DNA of 64,000 nucleotides from a plasmid: sequence record NZ_KX443406.1; one strand, 5' to 3'. Shown piece by piece: positions 59,966 to 64,000 of this stretch (position 1 is its first letter; each line of letters starts with the position of its first letter). The notes under the pieces were generated by a model. It saw only the letters and a program-made list of their open reading frames with translations, ran no database searches and was not told where the DNA came from. The position numbers and the translations under genes were made by a program.

Positions 59966-60942
59966 CCACCACACTGTCGCGGCCGCGCCGCTACCGCTAC
60001 GACTGGGCCCTGTTCGCGGACTGGTGCACCGCCGCCGACCTACCGCCCCTACCGGCGTCCCCGTCGACGCTCGCACAGTTCCTCGCCGAACACCCCGCAG
60101 GCGCGTCGACGCAGCGGGCGCGGGTGACCGCGATCAACTGGCACCACAACCACGCCGGACTACCGGCACCGGGCCGCTCGGACACCATCCGCGATCTGCT
60201 CGACGCGAACCGTGCCGTCCGCCTCCGGCAGGCGAGCGAGCTGATCTGGCAACAGATCCCGCAGCTACCCACCGGCGGGTGGCCGCAGGGGTTGTTCGGG
60301 CGCCGCGACGCCGCCCTACTCCTGATCGCCGCCGCCGGCGTGCCGCTGCAACAGATCACCGGGCTGCAGCGCCGCCACCTGATCTGCGACGGCGAGACGC
60401 TGGTCGTCGACACCGGCCGCTACCGGTACCGGCTCGACCCCACCACCGGCGACCCGAAACTGACTCCGGCGGACGTGTACCGCAGATGGGCACAGGTTCT
60501 CGCGTTCACTGACCGCCACCCCAGCACCCGCACCCTCGCTGCACACCTGACCCGCGGCCACCTCCCTGACATCACCGACGACCAGTCGCGGGATGGGCGG
60601 GATGGGTTGGTGTTCACCTCGATCGACCGATGGGGCTACCTGCCGCTGCCCCCGCAACCGCTCACCGCGGGCTCGATCGCCGCGATCGTCCGCCAGCACC
60701 TGACCGGCACCGCCCCCTCCCACGCACTCCCGCCCCGCCGGCCACGACCAGCACCGGCTGCGGCCGATCTCGCCCCACCGCCGGAGCCGCCACCACTGTC
60801 GGATGAGTACTACGACCGCGGCACCGCCGCGCGCCGCGACGCGCTCACCGCCCTCGCCGACGTCGGGGACGTTCTCGACGATGTCGAAGCCCGCGCCGAC
60901 GCCCTGCTCGAGCAGACCCTGGCGATGATCGAGAACTGGTAA
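59962..60942 (+). CDS. Tyrosine-recombinase-like protein with degenerate catalytic domain
   Basis: N-terminus parallels the upstream integrase (YRYDWALFADWCTAADLPPLPASPSTLAQFLAEH); no H-x-x-R/H-x-x-Y boxes found; 4-bp overlap with the upstream gene. Confidence 0.5.
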   Translation: MTTTLSRPRRYRYDWALFADWCTAADLPPLPASPSTLAQFLAEHPAGASTQRARVTAINWHHNHAGLPAPGRSDTIRDLLDANRAVRLRQASELIWQQIPQLPTGGWPQGLFGRRDAALLLIAAAGVPLQQITGLQRRHLICDGETLVVDTGRYRYRLDPTTGDPKLTPADVYRRWAQVLAFTDRHPSTRTLAAHLTRGHLPDITDDQSRDGRDGLVFTSIDRWGYLPLPPQPLTAGSIAAIVRQHLTGTAPSHALPPRRPRPAPAAADLAPPPEPPPLSDEYYDRGTAARRDALTALADVGDVLDDVEARADALLEQTLAMIENW

Positions 60943-61018
60943 CTCCCTGACATGATCTCGACGACCGACAAGGAATAGCGGATGACGAAAATGCTGCGAT
61001 CACGTTGGTTGTCCGCAG

Positions 61019-61115
61019 GTGTCAGTTTCAGAGGTCGAGTGCGCGGTCGTCATCCGGTGATCGGCAGTGCACAGCACTCCTGAGACCCGTGCGCTCGACC
61101 TCTGAAACTGACAAC
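61019..61115. repeat. Pair of inward-facing Tn402-type terminal-IR-like sequences (TGTCAGTTTCAGAGGTCGAGTGCGC) separated by 46 bp
   Basis: Left arm 61019-61044 and right arm 61091-61115 are reverse complements; 18/25 matches to the Tn402/Tn5053 IR consensus. Confidence 0.5.
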
Positions 61116-61119
61116 CGCG

Positions 61120-61198
61120 ATCCGCGCGACCTGGGCCGGATTTGTCCGGAAACTCATGTCGGAAACCTTGACGTCGAAAAGTCGTCTGTCAGTGGGTT
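61120..61198 (+). promoter_or_regulatory. res-like array of GTCsGAAAm direct repeats upstream of the resolvase
   Basis: TGTCCGGAAAC, TGTCGGAAACC, CGTCGAAAAGTCG, TCTGTCAGTGG. Confidence 0.35.
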
Positions 61199-61777
61199 AT
61201 GGAACAGTCTTGCCCCGTGAGCGAACTTTTGGGCTACGCGAGGGTTTCGACCGCTGAGCAGACTCTCGACCTGCAGAGCGACGCGCTCAGCGTCGCGGGC
61301 TGTTCGCGGATCTGGACCGACGTCGCGAGCGGCGCGACGACCAGCCGCCCGGAACTCGACAGCCTGTTCTCACATCTGCGCGAGGGTGACACCCTGGTGG
61401 TGTGGCGGCTCGACAGGTTGGGGCGGAACCTTCCGCACCTGCTGCAGACGATCACCGACCTCGAAGAGAAGGGCGTCGGCTTCCGGTCGCTGACTGAGGC
61501 GATCGACACCACCACCGCCGGCGGCAAACTCATCTTCAACATCTTCGGTGCGCTCGCGAGCTTCGAGCGAGACCTGATTCGGGAACGGACCGCCGCCGGT
61601 CTCGCCGCGGCCCGCGCCCGGGGCAAGGTTGGCGGCCGCCCTCGGAAAATGACTGACAGTCGAATCAGGCAGGCCCGAAAGATGCGTGAGGGCGGCATGT
61701 CTCAGACCGAGATCGCCGAGGTCCTCGGTGTCGGCCGCACCACTCTGTATCAGTACCTCGGCCCTCAGAAGCGCTGA
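61199..61777 (+). CDS. Serine recombinase (resolvase/invertase, TniR/TnpR-like)
   Basis: LGYARVSTAEQTLDLQ catalytic Ser block, VVWRLDRLGRN, C-terminal HTH GMSQTEIAEVLGVGRTTLYQYL. Confidence 0.85.
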   Translation: MEQSCPVSELLGYARVSTAEQTLDLQSDALSVAGCSRIWTDVASGATTSRPELDSLFSHLREGDTLVVWRLDRLGRNLPHLLQTITDLEEKGVGFRSLTEAIDTTTAGGKLIFNIFGALASFERDLIRERTAAGLAAARARGKVGGRPRKMTDSRIRQARKMREGGMSQTEIAEVLGVGRTTLYQYLGPQKR

Positions 61778-61895
61778 ACGCGAGCCGAGTCGGCAGGGAA
61801 CCTACGCACGACGCTCAAGGGATCGGGTGTCAGCGGTCGACTGCAGCCGCCGGCGAGACGAGGCCTCGCACCCGTCTCGCGTTCGAAGGCTGATC

Positions 61896-62741
61896 CTATC
61901 CGGACACGGACTCTCCAGTATCGCTGGATGATTCGTCGATACCGACAGTCCACTCTTTCACGATGACTGTTGGCTGGGAGGTCGTGTCCTCGGTGGACGT
62001 GAGCACGTTGATCGCTTCCTCTGCCGCCGCCGGAAGTGCAAGCATCCCGGTGGCGACAGTGGTCACGGCACCCACCGCTGCGAGAACGCTCTTGAACCGT
62101 TCCACCCACGACCTAGTGTTGGGATCGCTGGTGCGTTCACGCAGAACCATCCCAGTGGTCACATACGCCCCGACGGTCTGGTCGACCGCGTCTCTGAGAG
62201 CCGCAGCCCCTCGCAGAGCGAACTCGCGCAGTGCACGAAGGATTCGATCGAGGTGATCGAGCATAAATGATCGCAAATCGGCCGGAAGACTATCGGCTTG
62301 GAGAAGTTCTTCGTGGAGCGCCTGAGTCTGTTCGCGCAGACTCTCAATGGTGCTTGGGTCGATCCGCGGCTCGAACTTGGCCCTGCTCAGCAGAACGCCA
62401 CAGGCTTCGAGGTGAACCAAATGTTCACCCGAGTATTGCTGCTTCACCCCTTGAATTGCCGAGGTGAACGCCCAAGCCTGGTTCAGGGCATTTGTCACCG
62501 CCGGCCGCCATTGGAACAGCCAATCGAGGTCCTCGTGCTCGGGATCCGCTGCCTCACTGACACTGCTCACCACCAGATCAGGGAGACTGAGCAGGTTCGC
62601 AAAGTCTCGGGCAAGTTCGGCGTCGTCTCGACTTCCAAGCACCGACTTGAACACCACGTTCGTGGCCTCACCATCTCGATGTCCTCGGACCTGTCGCAAC
62701 ACGTGCGCCAGTCTGGCTGCGGGGTTGTTCATAGGAGGCAC
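61896..62741 (-). CDS. Hypothetical protein
   Basis: ORF track; good third-position GC. Confidence 0.4.
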   Translation of the reverse strand: MPPMNNPAARLAHVLRQVRGHRDGEATNVVFKSVLGSRDDAELARDFANLLSLPDLVVSSVSEAADPEHEDLDWLFQWRPAVTNALNQAWAFTSAIQGVKQQYSGEHLVHLEACGVLLSRAKFEPRIDPSTIESLREQTQALHEELLQADSLPADLRSFMLDHLDRILRALREFALRGAAALRDAVDQTVGAYVTTGMVLRERTSDPNTRSWVERFKSVLAAVGAVTTVATGMLALPAAAEEAINVLTSTEDTTSQPTVIVKEWTVGIDESSSDTGESVSG

Positions 62742-62902
62742 GGAGGGGATTGTGCCACCTGCGCGGAACTGCGCGGCTGCACCGGACCGCTCGCCGCGTT
62801 AGCTGTCTGCGAGCGCGGCCCGGATCATCGCTGCCCCGCCCGCAGGTCTTCAGCTGTGCGTCATCCACCGTGTTGCTGCGAGCGCCGCATCCGCGACCTG
62901 TG

Positions 62903-62960
62903 CCACCACTGATGACATCGTCGGCGTCGGACGCACCACCCTGTATCAGTAGCTCGGACC
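62903..62960 (+). pseudogene. Remnant of a second resolvase gene (3' HTH end: IVGVGRTTLYQ-stop)
   Basis: DNA similarity to 61720-61770, with an in-frame stop. Confidence 0.35.
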
Positions 62961-63228
62961 GCTGCGCCCGCTCGTAGAGCGGCAACGCGCCAAGGAGCAG
63001 CGGTGATGTCAGTGTCCTGCGTTACCGTATCTGGCAGCGGCGAGGAGTGGGCCGCTGCCCGACATGACCAGGTTCCGCGGACCGTCAGGTTCCCGGGCCG
63101 GATCCGAGGGGACGGTCCCTCGGATTCATCTCGGGAGCAGGCCCACTCATCGGTTGGACCGGCGGGAACGCTGATCGCGGACTCATCAACGGCCGGTTCC
63201 AGCACCGACTTCAGAAGGAGGCATCTCA

Positions 63229-63540
63229 GTGAATCGGGGTGTAGGTAAGGCGTTCATGGAGTACGAAGCCGAGTGCCAGAAGCTCGAGACTCGGAGTCCG
63301 CTCCTCAGGTACCTTCTCGGGGCCTGGGCCATAGCCATACTGGCGTGGTTGTTTCAGCTGATCGCCCGGGACGCCGATCTCGACGGCGCGAAGGTGCCGG
63401 CGCAGATCTTGGTCATCCTCTCGCTGATCCTGGTTGTTGGCGTTGGGGTCGCGATCTGCGTCGAGAGAATTCGCACCCATCGCCGCTGTAACCAGCTGGA
63501 AAAGGCTGCCTTCGCCGTCGAGGAAGACCCCCACGCGTAG
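63229..63540 (+). CDS. Small membrane protein (103 aa)
   Basis: Two TM helices; followed by a terminator. Confidence 0.45.
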   Translation: MNRGVGKAFMEYEAECQKLETRSPLLRYLLGAWAIAILAWLFQLIARDADLDGAKVPAQILVILSLILVVGVGVAICVERIRTHRRCNQLEKAAFAVEEDPHA

Positions 63541-63602
63541 CGCGTCGCCGAGCGGCGCGACGGGGGACTTCGCGCACGACGAACATGTCGATGCACCGAA
63601 AA

Positions 63603-63630
63603 GGCCGGGCTTGCAGTTGCAAGCCCGGCC
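63603..63630. terminator. Bidirectional intrinsic terminator GGCCGGGCTTGCA-GT-TGCAAGCCCGGCC
   Basis: 13-bp perfect stem between convergent genes, followed by TCGGTGTTT. Confidence 0.65.
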
Positions 63631-63637
63631 TCGGTGT

Positions 63638-63907
63638 TTAGGCGGCTGTAGAGCCTTGCCGACGCATTCGTGAGCGTTCGGTGGGTGTGGTCCCGCCCCA
63701 GATTCCGAACCGCTCCGGTCTGCGTAGGGCGTGGTCTCGGCACGGTGTGCGTACCGGGCACGTCATGCAGATGCTCACGGCCTGCGCTGATTTCGTTCTC
63801 TCCCGGGTCTCGGGAAAGAACAGGTCTGGATTCGTCCTGCACAGTCCACCGGCGTGCCAGCTCTGCTCAGCGTTGTCCCCCACTGTCCCGACTTCCCTTT
63901 CGTTCAC
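63638..63907 (-). CDS. WhiB-family (Wbl) 4Fe-4S transcription factor
   Basis: Four Cys (C...C..C.....C) and the GIWGG turn: GGLCRTNPDLFFP...ICMTCPVRTPCRDHAL...GIWGGTT. Confidence 0.7.
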   Translation of the reverse strand: MNEREVGTVGDNAEQSWHAGGLCRTNPDLFFPETRERTKSAQAVSICMTCPVRTPCRDHALRRPERFGIWGGTTPTERSRMRRQGSTAA

Positions 63908-64000
63908 GCGTGCTCCCCCACGAAGACGCTCGTCAGTATGTCAACAGCGCTACGAGCTGCCAGATCGCCCGCGCCGTGCCGACGGCGTCCTGGTGAACGA

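Noticed and set aside
58568-60076. 502-aa minus-strand ORF antisense to the two tyrosine-recombinase genes
   Set aside because: Arg/Pro/Gly-rich low complexity typical of antisense frames in high-GC DNA; the plus-strand genes have recognisable domains.

Overview
High-GC actinobacterial DNA (Rhodococcus/Mycobacterium-like codon usage) with a mosaic, plasmid- or ICE-like organisation. All family assignments are from motif reading of the six-frame translations; no database search was run.

(1) 1-15.4 kb is a maintenance/regulatory backbone: 3'-partial parA coupled to an RHH partner, a downstream cluster of CGTTRYAACG iteron-like repeats, a DUF2637-like membrane/HTH protein, RHH, winged-helix (Rep-like), XRE, membrane proteins, a stand-alone DnaB N-terminal domain protein, a serine-recombinase homologue lacking the catalytic serine, a large ParB-like protein, a BrnT/BrnA-like toxin-antitoxin pair and a frameshifted SRAP pseudogene. 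Four genes in this backbone share a conserved leader (5'-proximal GGGC-N5/6-GCCC hairpin plus a CCCGGGAAGGGAACTC RBS block); two copies sit behind near-consensus TTGAAC/TTGCAA-N16-17-TAGAAT promoters.

(2) About 15.4-29.7 kb is a lower-GC island that opens with an Lsr2 xenogeneic-silencer gene. It carries a MaoC-like hydratase, a methyltransferase-like gene, LysR plus MFS, then a striking family of five distinct (six total) signal-peptide proteins sharing a conserved about 100-aa C-terminal domain. An orphan OmpR-type response regulator is interspersed, along with an exact 862-bp duplication ending at a 19-bp-stem hairpin, a second conserved hairpin-rich intergenic element (two copies) and a secreted chorismate mutase.

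(3) 32.1-34.1 kb: a low-GC 321-aa gene with a possible PD-(D/E)xK-like motif, preceded on the minus strand by two paralogous small HTH proteins, each with a perfect or near-perfect 10-bp palindromic operator. This is a candidate regulated toxin/defence module.

(4) 34.3-38.4 kb: a Tn402/Tn5053-family tniA-tniB-tniQ transposition module without an adjacent tniR.

(5) 38.7-46.4 kb: a truncated and a complete IS256-family copy (identical, sharing a frameshift) bracketing a TetR-regulated aromatic-catabolic cluster (VOC dioxygenase-like, FAH hydrolase, MhpA-like FAD monooxygenase).

(6) 47-58 kb: housekeeping-like metabolism (PhnA, two thiolases with one internally shortened, ArsR, GTP-PEPCK, SulP, alpha/beta hydrolase).

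(7) 58.8-63.9 kb: a tyrosine-recombinase pair (one degenerate), two Tn402-type terminal-IR-like sequences facing each other across 46 bp, res-like repeats, a bona fide serine recombinase, a resolvase gene remnant and WhiB.

No rRNA, tRNA or CRISPR array was recognised by eye.
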